Positions 7,383 to 16,157 of a stretch of 28,621 nucleotides of DNA are shown here, piece by piece (within the stretch, counting starts at the first letter, position 1; each line of letters begins with the position of its first letter). The position numbers and the translations under genes were made by a program. The notes beneath the pieces were generated by a model that searched no databases, had not been told where the DNA came from, and worked only from the letters and a program-made list of their open reading frames with translations. The DNA is from an uncultured Rhodospirillales bacterium (lineage in GTDB: Bacteria; Pseudomonadota; Alphaproteobacteria; Acetobacterales; Acetobacteraceae), in assembly GCA_903823665.1 (NCBI GenBank), contig CAIJTR010000138.1:1-28621 (forward strand). Direction: 5' to 3'.

Positions 7383-8242
7383 GTGAAGCGGGCGAGCGGG
7401 CAGAATGGCGGCAACGCTGGGTGGTCGCGGTGGTTGCGCACGGCTCCATCAGCGCGGACCGCATCGAGGCGGGCGCGGTCGAGATCGGCGAACAGCCAGT
7501 CGGGCGCGTCCATCTCGCCTTCAGCAACGATGCCGTCATCGGCGAAGCCGCGATCGACGGGGCCGTAGACGCCAGCGCGGCCCCGGTTTTCATCGAGGGT
7601 GGCGATGGCGCGTGCTGCGCCGGTTGTTGGGGCGATGGCGACGAAGCACTGGTTTTCCATGGCACGGGCCTGGGCTGCGATGCGAATACGATTGAAGCCA
7701 GCCAGAGTGTCAGTGCATACTGGAGCTAACACGAGCCACGCGCCTGCTTCGACCTGGGCGCGCACGAGAGTGGGAAATTCGAGATCGTAGCAGACGGCGA
7801 TGCCGATGCGGCCCCAGGGCGTGTCGAACACGCGGGGCGGCTCACCTGCGTCGATGCGCCATAACTCGGCTTCAAAACGCGTCATGACGTGTTTGTCTTG
7901 GAAGGCAACACTGCCATCAGCGGCGATGAGGGGGGCGCGGTTGATGATGCGGCCTTCGTGTTCGAACGGCATGGTGCCGGGGAGGAGCCAGATGTTGTGG
8001 CGGCGGGCGATGTCTTGGGCGCGTTGCAGCGCGTGGGGTGCGAGTTCGATGGCGGTGCGGAGTTCGGCCTCGATATCCGGCACGCGCTGTGTGGCCATTT
8101 CGAGCGGGGCGTATTCCGGCATGACGAGAAGCTGGGCACCGGCGGCTTTGGTGATTTCGGCGTCAAGGCGGGCGGCCCATGCGTCGAGCCCCGGCGCTGG
8201 CCTCACCTGCCAGGGGAGGAGGCCGATGCGCAACGTGGTCAT
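7379..8242 (-). CDS. carbon-nitrogen hydrolase (nitrilase/amidase superfamily) protein
   Basis: The E-K-C triad context is present: LLVMPEYA (Glu), FQDKHVMTRFE (Lys), GIAVCYDLEFP (Cys). 287 aa. Its stop overlaps the lpxB start by 4 nt, and its start overlaps the GNAT stop by 4 nt. Confidence 0.85.
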   Translation of the reverse strand: MTTLRIGLLPWQVRPAPGLDAWAARLDAEITKAAGAQLLVMPEYAPLEMATQRVPDIEAELRTAIELAPHALQRAQDIARRHNIWLLPGTMPFEHEGRIINRAPLIAADGSVAFQDKHVMTRFEAELWRIDAGEPPRVFDTPWGRIGIAVCYDLEFPTLVRAQVEAGAWLVLAPVCTDTLAGFNRIRIAAQARAMENQCFVAIAPTTGAARAIATLDENRGRAGVYGPVDRGFADDGIVAEGEMDAPDWLFADLDRARLDAVRADGAVRNHRDHPALPPFCPLARFT

Positions 8243-8838
8243 GCGACGGTTTTCGTCCAGAAGCGCAGCGTGTTCTCGACTTTGTCGGCGCTGTCGATCT
8301 GCTTCCAGACCATTTTGCAGGTGAGATCGGTCTGGGTGTAGCCGCGATTGCGCCAGAATGCGTCGAGCGGGACGGCGTGGGCGGGCTTTAGCGGATGTTC
8401 GCCGGGGCGCTGGACGGCGCAGAAGGCGGTGGTGGTGACGCCTGGGATGCTGCGGGCGTGGGCTTCGCGCAGTTCGAAAAAGCGGATGCCGATGCCATGG
8501 CCCCTGTAGCGTTCCAGCAGGACCGATTCACCGAAGTAACAGATGGTGGAGAGGTCGATCCCTGCCTCGCGGAAGGGCAGGGTGATGTGGGCGTCTTCCT
8601 CCGGCATGTGCACGCAGGTGGAGGCACCGACGGGTTCATCGCCGTCGAACGCGATGGCGATGCCGGCGGTTTTGCTCTCGGAAAAGCTGTGCAGCGTGTC
8701 GGCTTCCGAGGGTAGGGAGCCGTCGTAAAGGTAGGGCCAGGCGCGGAACACGGCCATGCGCAAGCTGGCGAGGTTGCGCATATGGGCGTCAATGGCCGGG
8801 CCGGTGAAGAATTCGATGCGTATCATGAGCGTGCGCAT
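8239..8838 (-). CDS. GNAT-family N-acetyltransferase
   Basis: Acetyl-CoA-binding core VLLERYRGHGIGIRFFELREAHAR and a typical GNAT length (199 aa). Translationally coupled to the downstream C-N hydrolase gene. The start could be Met1 or Met5; the Shine-Dalgarno is weak. Confidence 0.75.
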   Translation of the reverse strand: MRTLMIRIEFFTGPAIDAHMRNLASLRMAVFRAWPYLYDGSLPSEADTLHSFSESKTAGIAIAFDGDEPVGASTCVHMPEEDAHITLPFREAGIDLSTICYFGESVLLERYRGHGIGIRFFELREAHARSIPGVTTTAFCAVQRPGEHPLKPAHAVPLDAFWRNRGYTQTDLTCKMVWKQIDSADKVENTLRFWTKTVA

Positions 8839-8853
8839 ACCAAGCCGTTGGCA

Positions 8854-9549
8854 TTAAAGCGAGAGATACGCCTCTCCTTCCCCGGGCAGGGCCGCCATGC
8901 TTCCCTGCCAGACGATGTGGCCGGTTTGCAGGATGACGGCGCGGTCGGCGACGCCTGCTGCGAAATTGGTGTTCTGTTCGGCGAGGAGGATGGAGACGCC
9001 TTCGGATTTCAGTGCGCGCACGGCTGCGGCCATTTGCTGGACGATAAGCGGCGAGAGGCCCTCGCTGGGTTCGTCGAGCAGGACGAGGGAGGGGTTGCCC
9101 ATGAGGGTGCGGGCGATGGCGAGCATTTGCTGTTCGCCGCCGCTCATTTGCCCGCCGGGGCGGTTGGGCATGGTGGCGAGGTTGGGGAACAACGCGAACA
9201 GGCGTTCGATTGTCCAGGCGGGGCGGCCTTGGCGGGGCGGTTGGCGGCCGACTTCGAGGTTTTCGAGCACGGTGAGGTCGGTGAAAATGCGGCGCTCCTC
9301 CGGCACGTAGCCAATGCCGAGGCGGGCGATTTCGAAGGCGGCACGGCCCGCGATGTCTTGGCCGTTGAAGTGGATGCGCCCTTGGCTGGGGCGGAGGAGG
9401 CCGATGATGGATTTCATGGTGGTGGATTTGCCGGCCCCGTTGCGGCCGATCAGCGCCAGCACTTCTCCTTCGGCGACGGTGAAGTCGAGCCCCTGGAGGA
9501 TGAGCGCGCGGCCGTAGCGGACTTGGAGCGCTTCGATTTCGAGCATCAT
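8854..9549 (-). CDS. livF: ABC transporter ATP-binding protein, LivF type (branched-chain amino acid/amide importer family)
   Basis: Walker A GRNGAGKST, signature MSGGEQQMLAIARTL, Walker B LVLLDEPSEGL. The size (231 aa) and sequence are typical of LivF. Confidence 0.9.
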   Translation of the reverse strand: MMLEIEALQVRYGRALILQGLDFTVAEGEVLALIGRNGAGKSTTMKSIIGLLRPSQGRIHFNGQDIAGRAAFEIARLGIGYVPEERRIFTDLTVLENLEVGRQPPRQGRPAWTIERLFALFPNLATMPNRPGGQMSGGEQQMLAIARTLMGNPSLVLLDEPSEGLSPLIVQQMAAAVRALKSEGVSILLAEQNTNFAAGVADRAVILQTGHIVWQGSMAALPGEGEAYLSL

Positions 9550-10289
9550 GCGGCGGTGCCGAGATAGACGGCTTGCACCTGGGGGTTGGCGCGGATGCTG
9601 GTGGCGTTGCCCTCGGCGATGAGGCTGCCGTGGTCCATGACCAGAATGCGGTCGGCGCAGGAGAAGACGATTTCCATGTCGTGCTCGGTGAACAGCACCG
9701 CCATTTGGCCCTCTCGCGCGAGGTTGGCCACGAGGTCCATGAGGCCCGCGCGTTCGGCGGGGGCGACGCCGGCTGTGGGCTCGTCCATCAGCAAAAGGCG
9801 CGGCTGTCCGGCGAGGGCGATGGCGAGTTCGAGGCGCTTGAGATCTCCGTAAGCGAGTTCGGCGGAGGGGCGGGCGGCTTGGGTGGCGAGGCCTACTTTG
9901 TAGAGTAATGCTTCAGCTTCGGTGATGTGATGAGTGTCGGCGGCGCGCCAGAGTTTCCAGCTTTGGCGATGGTGGGAGAGCAGGGCGGTTTGCACGTTCT
10001 CGCGCACGGACATGGAGGCGAAGATCTGGGTGATCTGGAAGGTGCGGCCGACGCCGAGGCGGCAGATGTGGCGGGGTGGGAGGAAGGTGATGTTTTGGCC
10101 TTGCAAAAGCACTTGCCCGCTATCGGGCGGGAGCTGGCCGCCGAGCATGTTGAAGCAGGTGGATTTGCCGGCCCCGTTCGGGCCGATGAGGGCCAGCATT
10201 TCGCCGGGTTCGACGGTAAAGGAGACCCCACGGACAGCGGCCACTCCGCCGAAGCTTTTGGTGAGGCCTTGAACTTCGAGGATGCTCAT
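9546..10289 (-). CDS. livG: ABC transporter ATP-binding protein, LivG type
   Basis: Walker A GPNGAGKST, LivG-type motifs (GRTFQITQIFASMSVRENV; LAIALAGQPRLLLMDEPTAG). It has 4-nt overlaps with both neighbours. Confidence 0.9.
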   Translation of the reverse strand: MSILEVQGLTKSFGGVAAVRGVSFTVEPGEMLALIGPNGAGKSTCFNMLGGQLPPDSGQVLLQGQNITFLPPRHICRLGVGRTFQITQIFASMSVRENVQTALLSHHRQSWKLWRAADTHHITEAEALLYKVGLATQAARPSAELAYGDLKRLELAIALAGQPRLLLMDEPTAGVAPAERAGLMDLVANLAREGQMAVLFTEHDMEIVFSCADRILVMDHGSLIAEGNATSIRANPQVQAVYLGTAA

Positions 10290-12100
10290 CGTTTGGCGAG
10301 CCCGGCGATGCCTTGTGGGACGATCAACACGATGGCGACGATGGCGGCCCCGAGCACGAAGCGCCAGAGGTCGGTGGCGAGCAGGAGGGCGTCGAACAGG
10401 CCGGTGTAGACGATGGCGCCGATGATGGGGCCTGCCATTGTTTGCACGCCGCCAAGCAGGACCATCACCAGGGCATCGACGGAATGGCCGATGGAGATGG
10501 TGGTGGGGAAGACGGAGCCTTTGGTGAATGCGGCCAGTCCTCCGGCGAGGCCTGCGGCTGATCCGGCGAGGGTGAAGGCGGTGAGGCGGAGGCGTTGCGT
10601 GTCCAGCCCGATGGCTTCGGCGCGCTGGGTGGAATCTCGGGAGGCTCGGAGGGCGAAACCCCAGGGTGCGTAGAGCATCTTTCGCAACAGGAGTGCTCCG
10701 CCGGCGCAGAGGGACAGCGCCAGGAAATACATCGCCTGTGGTCCCGCCCAGGATGGCGGCCAGACGCCCAATATGCCATTGTCACCACCGGTCACGTCGG
10801 ACCATTGAAACGCCACCGCCCAGACGATTTGCGCGAATGCGAGGGTGAGCATGGCGAGCGTTACGCCATTCAGCCGGACGACGAGAGCGCCCACGGCGAG
10901 GGCGACCATTCCGGCGGCGATGGGGGCGATCAGCAGCGCTATCGGCATTGACACGGTGAGAAGTTTTACCGGGAGCGCTGCGGCGTAGGCACCGATGCCG
11001 AACCATGCGGCGTGGCCGAAGCTGGCCATTCCGCCCGGGCCCATCATCACGTGCAGCGATGCGGCGAACAGGATCGCGATGGCCATTTCCGTCAGCACCG
11101 AGAGTGCGAAGGGGCCAATGACGAAGGGGGCTGCGATGGCGATGGCGAGTGTGGCCAGTGCGGCGAGTTTGAGGCTGGGACTGGCGGGTTTGATGCTGGC
11201 TATGGTGTCTGCCTCGCCTCGTGCGGCAGTGAGTTTGCGGCCGCGCAATCCGTTGGGGCGGACGATGAGGACTGCGGCCATCACCACGAACACTAGGACC
11301 AGCGTGGATTTCGGCAGCCAGATGATGCCGACAGCTTGCAGAATGCCGATGAGCAGGGCCGCGAGGTAGGCTCCGGAAATGCTGCCGAGGCCGCCGATGA
11401 CGACGACGACGAAGGCATCGGTGATGGCGGTGAGGTCCATCTGCAAATTGGCGGAGGCTTCCGGCAGGGCGAGTGCTCCGGCCATGCCGGCGAGGCCGCT
11501 TCCCATGGCGAACACGCTGGTGAACAGGCGGCGTTGATCGACACCGAGGGCGGATACCATGTCACGGTCTTGTGTGGCGGCGCGGACGAGGGTGCCCCAT
11601 CTGGTTCGGGTGAAGATCATCCAGATGATGGCAAGCACGATGGGGCCGAGCGCGATGAGGATGAGATCGTAGAGCGGGAAGCGTTCTCCCAGAATCACCA
11701 CCGCCGAGCGCAGCCAGCGGCCGCGGGGGAGGGTGAGGTCTTCTGGTCCCCAAAGATGCAAGGTGGCGTCTTGCACCATCAGCACGACGCCGAATGTGGC
11801 GAGCAGTTGGAGGAGTTCGGGGGCGCGGTAGATGCGGCGGAGCAACGTCATTTCGAGTGCTGCCCCGATGGCGGCGGTGGCAAGGCCTGCGAGGATGACG
11901 CCGAGGGCGAAATATTCCGGGTCGCGCGGCATGCGGCTGAGGATGCTCCAGCCGATATAGGCCCCGAGCATGAATAGGCTGCCATGGGCGAAATTCACCA
12001 CGCGGGTGACGCCGAAAATCACGGTAAGCCCCGCCGCCACCAGGAACAGCGAGGACGCCTCCGCCATTCCCGTCAGCAGCTGGATCAGCGAAGCGATCAC
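10286..12100 (-). CDS. fused LivH-LivM branched-chain amino acid-type ABC permease (two permease modules in one 604-aa polypeptide)
   Basis: Highly hydrophobic throughout. The N-terminal half resembles LivH (FAHGSLFMLGAYIGWS...) and the C-terminal half resembles LivM (GHAAWFGIGAYAAAL...). It has 4-nt overlaps with the ATPase and binding-protein genes. Confidence 0.85.
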   Translation of the reverse strand: MIASLIQLLTGMAEASSLFLVAAGLTVIFGVTRVVNFAHGSLFMLGAYIGWSILSRMPRDPEYFALGVILAGLATAAIGAALEMTLLRRIYRAPELLQLLATFGVVLMVQDATLHLWGPEDLTLPRGRWLRSAVVILGERFPLYDLILIALGPIVLAIIWMIFTRTRWGTLVRAATQDRDMVSALGVDQRRLFTSVFAMGSGLAGMAGALALPEASANLQMDLTAITDAFVVVVIGGLGSISGAYLAALLIGILQAVGIIWLPKSTLVLVFVVMAAVLIVRPNGLRGRKLTAARGEADTIASIKPASPSLKLAALATLAIAIAAPFVIGPFALSVLTEMAIAILFAASLHVMMGPGGMASFGHAAWFGIGAYAAALPVKLLTVSMPIALLIAPIAAGMVALAVGALVVRLNGVTLAMLTLAFAQIVWAVAFQWSDVTGGDNGILGVWPPSWAGPQAMYFLALSLCAGGALLLRKMLYAPWGFALRASRDSTQRAEAIGLDTQRLRLTAFTLAGSAAGLAGGLAAFTKGSVFPTTISIGHSVDALVMVLLGGVQTMAGPIIGAIVYTGLFDALLLATDLWRFVLGAAIVAIVLIVPQGIAGLAKR

Positions 12101-13299
12101 GCTGGGCGCAGTGTCTTTACCATCGCGTCCGAGGGCAGGGCTGCGGCTCCATCGACGTAGCGCCAGTCTACCATCTCGCCGTGGCCGTTCTTCAGGGCGG
12201 TGCGGCCGACATAGGTTCCAAGGGTGGATTGATGGTCCTGGGCGCGCCAGGTCGCTTGGCCGAATGGGGTGGCGAAGCTGGCACCGGCAAAACCGTCGGC
12301 CATGGCCTCGCTGTCGGTGCTACCGGATTTGGTGATGCCGGCGGCGATGGAGGCGATGAGGGAGGCACCGACGATGGAGCCCATTTTTGGGAGTTCGTTG
12401 AAGCGGGCTTTGTAGGCGGCGATGAAGGCGAGGTTGGCTGCGTCCTTCACGGCGTTAACGGGGTAGCCGGTGACATACCAGCCCTCTGGCGTTTCCTCGC
12501 CGAGTGGGTCGAGATATTCAGGCTCACCGGTCAGCACGCTGACAACGGAGCGGTTCTCAAACAGGCCGCGCGTGTTGCCTTGGCGGACGAAGTTGGTGAG
12601 GTCTGGGCCGAAGGTGACGTTGAGGATGGCCTCGGGTTTCGCCTGTTCTAGGGCTGCGACCGTGGCCCCGGCGTCGATCTTGCCGAGGGTGGGGAGTTGG
12701 TCGGCGATGAAGGTGACATCAGGGCGCTTAGCCAGCAGGAGTTGCTTGAACCACTTCACGGTTGAGGTGCCGTATTCGTAGTTGGGTGCCACCGTGGCCC
12801 AGCGCTTGGCGGGGAGTTTGGCGGCGTCATCGACCAGCATGGCGGCTTGCATATAGGTCGAAGGGCGGAGACGGTAGCCGTAGCGGTGGCCTTTTTCCCA
12901 GACCAGGGCGTCCGTCAACGGCTCACCGGCTACGAAGAGTTTCTTGTTCTGGAGAGCAAAGTCGCTGAGGGCGAGGCCGACGTTGGACAGGAAGCCGCCG
13001 GCGAGGACATCGACTTTCTGGTCGGAGACGAGTTCACCGGCGAGGCGGACGGCATCGGCGGGTTTGCCTGCGTCGTCTCGGATCAGCAGCTCGATTTTGC
13101 GGCCGAGCACGCCACCGGCGGCGTTCACTTGCTCCACGGCGAGCATGAGGCCGTTGCGATAGGGCAGGGTGAAGGCGGGGGCGGCGGTGTAGGAATTCAC
13201 CTCACCGATGCGGATGGGCGTGCTGCCCTGGGCGCGGACGATGGCGGGGGCTGCGAGTGTTGCGGAGGCGGCGAGGAGGGTGCGTCGTGTGAGCTGCAT
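12097..13299 (-). CDS. periplasmic substrate-binding protein of the Liv-type ABC importer (LivK/amide-binding family), Tat/Sec signal
   Basis: True start at residue 141 of ORF 12097..13719: MQLTRRTLLAASATLAAPAIVRAQGS, preceded by AAGGA. The upstream extension is Pro/Ser-rich and is an artefact. The mature protein has periplasmic-binding-protein type I fold features (VDVLAGGFLSNVGLA...; NVTFGPDL...). Confidence 0.85.
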   Translation of the reverse strand: MQLTRRTLLAASATLAAPAIVRAQGSTPIRIGEVNSYTAAPAFTLPYRNGLMLAVEQVNAAGGVLGRKIELLIRDDAGKPADAVRLAGELVSDQKVDVLAGGFLSNVGLALSDFALQNKKLFVAGEPLTDALVWEKGHRYGYRLRPSTYMQAAMLVDDAAKLPAKRWATVAPNYEYGTSTVKWFKQLLLAKRPDVTFIADQLPTLGKIDAGATVAALEQAKPEAILNVTFGPDLTNFVRQGNTRGLFENRSVVSVLTGEPEYLDPLGEETPEGWYVTGYPVNAVKDAANLAFIAAYKARFNELPKMGSIVGASLIASIAAGITKSGSTDSEAMADGFAGASFATPFGQATWRAQDHQSTLGTYVGRTALKNGHGEMVDWRYVDGAAALPSDAMVKTLRPA

Positions 13300-13321
13300 T
13301 GTTTGGTTTTCCTTGTTTGCT

Positions 13322-13897
13322 TCAGCGAAGTCCGTCACGACCTTCGGCTTGTTCGTGGGTGAGGCCGCCGATGCGGGGCAATGGGCGGCCGCTGTCGGTG
13401 ACGACGATGGCGATGACGATTTCATCGCGGCGCGGGGCGTCGGGGACGCTGATTTCCATGGCGTCGAAATGGCTGCGGACATAGGCGGCGTCTTTATGGC
13501 CGAGTGGCACGTCGATGGCGGCACCCATGCCGCCGCGCTTTTTTGAGGAGGGGACCAGGGCGGCGCCTTTTTCCACGGCGACGCGGAGGGGGGCTCCGAG
13601 CTTGGGGTGCAGGATGGCGGCGGCGTGTTCGAGTTCGCCGTCCTCGCCCACGATGGCGGCTTTGCCGTAGCTTTGGGCTTCGGAGGGGGCGATGCCGAGG
13701 GCGGCGACCGCGCGTTCACCGAGGAGTTTGCCGAGCATTTCGCCGGTGGTGATGAGGGCTGTCAGATCCGCAGTGTGGGTGCCTGCGAAGGGGTTGGAGA
13801 TCACGGCGATGGCGGCGGCTTTGCGGGTGGGGGGTGAGATAGTTTGCCCCGCTTCGGTGTGGGTTTCTTCGACGATGGTGATGATTTTGCGGATCAT
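13322..13897 (-). CDS. 'amino acid synthesis' family protein (PF06684-like, about 190 aa), function unknown
   Basis: MIRKIITIVEETHTEAGQ...AVISNPFAGTH...VPSSKKRGGMGAAIDVPLGHKDAAYVRSHFDAMEISVPDAPRRDEIV. The blocks conserved in this family (as I recall them) are present. GGAG Shine-Dalgarno. The start forms an ATGA overlap with the stop of the upstream gene. Confidence 0.65.
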   Translation of the reverse strand: MIRKIITIVEETHTEAGQTISPPTRKAAAIAVISNPFAGTHTADLTALITTGEMLGKLLGERAVAALGIAPSEAQSYGKAAIVGEDGELEHAAAILHPKLGAPLRVAVEKGAALVPSSKKRGGMGAAIDVPLGHKDAAYVRSHFDAMEISVPDAPRRDEIVIAIVVTDSGRPLPRIGGLTHEQAEGRDGLR

Positions 13898-14748
13898 GCG
13901 ATCTCCAATGCGGCAGCACCGCACACGATGTTTTGGCCGCGCAGGCAGAGCACGGCACCTTCGATGAGGTGGGATTGGCGAAGTTGGGCGGCGACGTGGT
14001 TGCCTGCTTCGAGGGCTGAGTGGATTTCTTGGGTGGTGAGGGGGCCGACGTCCCAGGTGATGGCGAGATCGCCGAGATCGCTGTCTGGGTCGATGTCGGA
14101 GGCAGGGCGACGGGTGATGGCGGGGTGACCGGGCAGGTCGATTGCGTTGGCGATGATGGTGGCGGCGGCGTCGGCTTGGGCCGCGGTTTTGGCAAGAACG
14201 CTGACGCTGTCGGCAATGCCGCGGGAGAAGCTGCGGCCACCGTGGCCTTTGCAGGCGCGGCCGGAGGTGGCGAGGCCTCGGGCGGGGGCGTGCGCTTCGA
14301 GCAGGAAGGCACCGTCGAGGGCTGGGTTCGTGAGGTCGCTGACGAGGCCTGCGCGGAGGGATTGGCCGGGGGCGAGGTGGAAGGCGATGTCTCCGCCGTT
14401 GTTGACGAAGGCTCTGGTCAGGTCGCGATCTTTTTTCAGGGCGGCGAGGACGGCCTCGGCCACGGCACCGGCGACGGCGGCCATGGGGGTGATGAAATCG
14501 GCGGTGAAGGGCGCCACGGCTGCGTGCATGGCTCTAGCGATTTTACCGGTGGGACGGAGGTTGGGTTGTGGCAGGCGGAGGATGGGGAGTTCTCGGCAAA
14601 GCTCTGGAAGAATGGCGGGGAATGCGTCCGCTGCCTGCCGGTAGGCGGCGTGGATTTCGGAATGTTTTCCCCATGCACGGACGAGGCAATCGATGGGGCC
14701 GTGTTGAAGATGCAGGCGGCCATCTGGCAGAAGGGCGATTTGGGTCAT
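13894..14748 (-). CDS. UPF0280-family protein (284 aa), function unknown
   Basis: True start MTQIALLPDGRLHLQHGPIDCLVRAWG at residue 120 of ORF 13894..15105; the Arg/His-rich extension is an artefact. It has ATGA overlaps on both sides. The family call rests on my recollection of PGAP annotation of this trio (amino acid synthesis, UPF0280 and 6-hydroxynicotinate reductase proteins together) and is not strongly supported by motifs I can verify. Confidence 0.5.
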   Translation of the reverse strand: MTQIALLPDGRLHLQHGPIDCLVRAWGKHSEIHAAYRQAADAFPAILPELCRELPILRLPQPNLRPTGKIARAMHAAVAPFTADFITPMAAVAGAVAEAVLAALKKDRDLTRAFVNNGGDIAFHLAPGQSLRAGLVSDLTNPALDGAFLLEAHAPARGLATSGRACKGHGGRSFSRGIADSVSVLAKTAAQADAAATIIANAIDLPGHPAITRRPASDIDPDSDLGDLAITWDVGPLTTQEIHSALEAGNHVAAQLRQSHLIEGAVLCLRGQNIVCGAAALEIA

Positions 14749-16157
14749 GCTACGGGAAAGCCCACGCCTTCGGGCAAGGCATCGAGTTTGCTGGCGCGGG
14801 TGATGTCGGCGAGGGGGCGAATGCGATCCGTGTATCCGCCGAGGCGTTTGTAGTCTTCGAGCGGCAGGGTGAATTCGATGGGGGCGACGAGGGCGGGCGT
14901 GGGCACATAGCCGAAGGCGTGGCGCGGCATGGTGGCGACGTCCACCAGATAGGTGATGCCGCCGCCGGGCCAGACGAAGACTGGGGCTCCGCCTGAGGTG
15001 ACACGGGCTCTGCCGCTTTGGACGGATCGTGTCAGCAGCACGGGATTTTCGGTGGCTCCTGCGCGCAGTGAGCCTCCGGCACCGGCCATGAACAGCACGC
15101 TGCACAAAGCGGGTTCGCAGTTCTCACCGATACGGGCGACGGCGTCTTCGATCTCGCTGGGCATGGTGGTGGCGATGGGGCGGAGATCATCGTCGAGCAC
15201 GAACCAGCCGGAGTGTTCGCCGGTGGTGGAGACCATGAGCAGACGCAGGCCGGGCCATGCGGTTTTTGGGTCGATTTTCTCGATGATGCTGAGCGGATCA
15301 GTGATGTCGGTGCCACCCCAGCCGAGGCCGGGTTGGGCGACCTGGAAGTAGCGGCCCGGTGTGGATTTGCGGCCGCGCACGCGAATGCCGGCTTGGCGCA
15401 TGTCGAGGAAGCGGCCCGCCTGATGCTCGGTCAGCACGCCGGTGATGTGGTCGTCAACAACGATGACCTCATCAGCGAGTTTCTGCCATTGCGGGGCGAA
15501 GATGCCGATGGTGGCGGAGCCGCAGCCGACGCGCATTCGGTGCTCGGCCACGCCATCGACGATGGGTGGCTTGCCGGATTGCACGATCACCCGCGCGCTG
15601 TTGTCGATGATGAGTTCGACGGCCTCTCCGTTGGCGAGTGCGATCATGGCGTCACACGTCGCCACGCCCTCGCGTTTGCTGCCGCCGGTGAGATGGTGGA
15701 CGCCGCCGAGGCTGAGCATCTGGCTGCCGTATTCGGCGGTGGTGACGTGGCCGATGGCTTCGCCTTGGGCTCGGACGGTGGCGGTTTCGGGGCCGAGATG
15801 GCGGTCGGTGTCGATTTTGACCTTCAGGCCGCAATAGCTGAACACGCCTTCGGACACGACGGTGACCATGTCCACACCGTCGATATTGCTGCCGACGATG
15901 AAGGGGGCAGGTTTGTAGTCGGGGTAGGTGGTGCCGGCGCCGATGCCGGTGACGAAGATGTCTCGTGCGGCGAGGGGATTGCCGTCCCAGTTCTGGCTTG
16001 CGAACTCTACCTGTTCCGGGGAGCGGGCGAGAATGACGTGCGGGTCCATGCGGGTGAGCACGCCGGCGACGTTGCCGTAGCGGTCACATGCCCCGGTTTT
16101 GTCGAGCCTGATACGGCACAGCACCGGACAGGCGTCGCAGGTGACGATCTCGTTCAT
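14745..16157 (-). CDS. protein of the family annotated as 6-hydroxynicotinate reductase (N-terminal Cys-cluster ferredoxin-like module; 470 aa)
   Basis: The N-terminus MNEIVTCDACPVLCRIRLDKTGACDRYGN (a four-Cys motif) is characteristic of this family. The rest has a flavoprotein-like length. It has ATGA overlaps with both neighbours. Confidence 0.6.
   Translation of the reverse strand: MNEIVTCDACPVLCRIRLDKTGACDRYGNVAGVLTRMDPHVILARSPEQVEFASQNWDGNPLAARDIFVTGIGAGTTYPDYKPAPFIVGSNIDGVDMVTVVSEGVFSYCGLKVKIDTDRHLGPETATVRAQGEAIGHVTTAEYGSQMLSLGGVHHLTGGSKREGVATCDAMIALANGEAVELIIDNSARVIVQSGKPPIVDGVAEHRMRVGCGSATIGIFAPQWQKLADEVIVVDDHITGVLTEHQAGRFLDMRQAGIRVRGRKSTPGRYFQVAQPGLGWGGTDITDPLSIIEKIDPKTAWPGLRLLMVSTTGEHSGWFVLDDDLRPIATTMPSEIEDAVARIGENCEPALCSVLFMAGAGGSLRAGATENPVLLTRSVQSGRARVTSGGAPVFVWPGGGITYLVDVATMPRHAFGYVPTPALVAPIEFTLPLEDYKRLGGYTDRIRPLADITRASKLDALPEGVGFPVA

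Noticed and set aside
8839-8853. Possible terminator or promoter separating livF from the GNAT-hydrolase-lpxB genes
   Set aside because: There are only 15 nt with no dyad symmetry or U-tract. I therefore treated the downstream genes as plausibly co-transcribed, flagged as a finding, rather than calling a regulatory element here.
12097-15105. ORF-track versions of the binding-protein gene (540 aa) and the UPF0280 gene (403 aa) with long Pro/Ser/Arg/His-rich N-terminal extensions
   Set aside because: The extensions run through the upstream genes in another frame and have low-complexity composition. Internal Met codons with a Shine-Dalgarno, a signal peptide or ATGA coupling give the biologically sensible starts (13299 and 14748).
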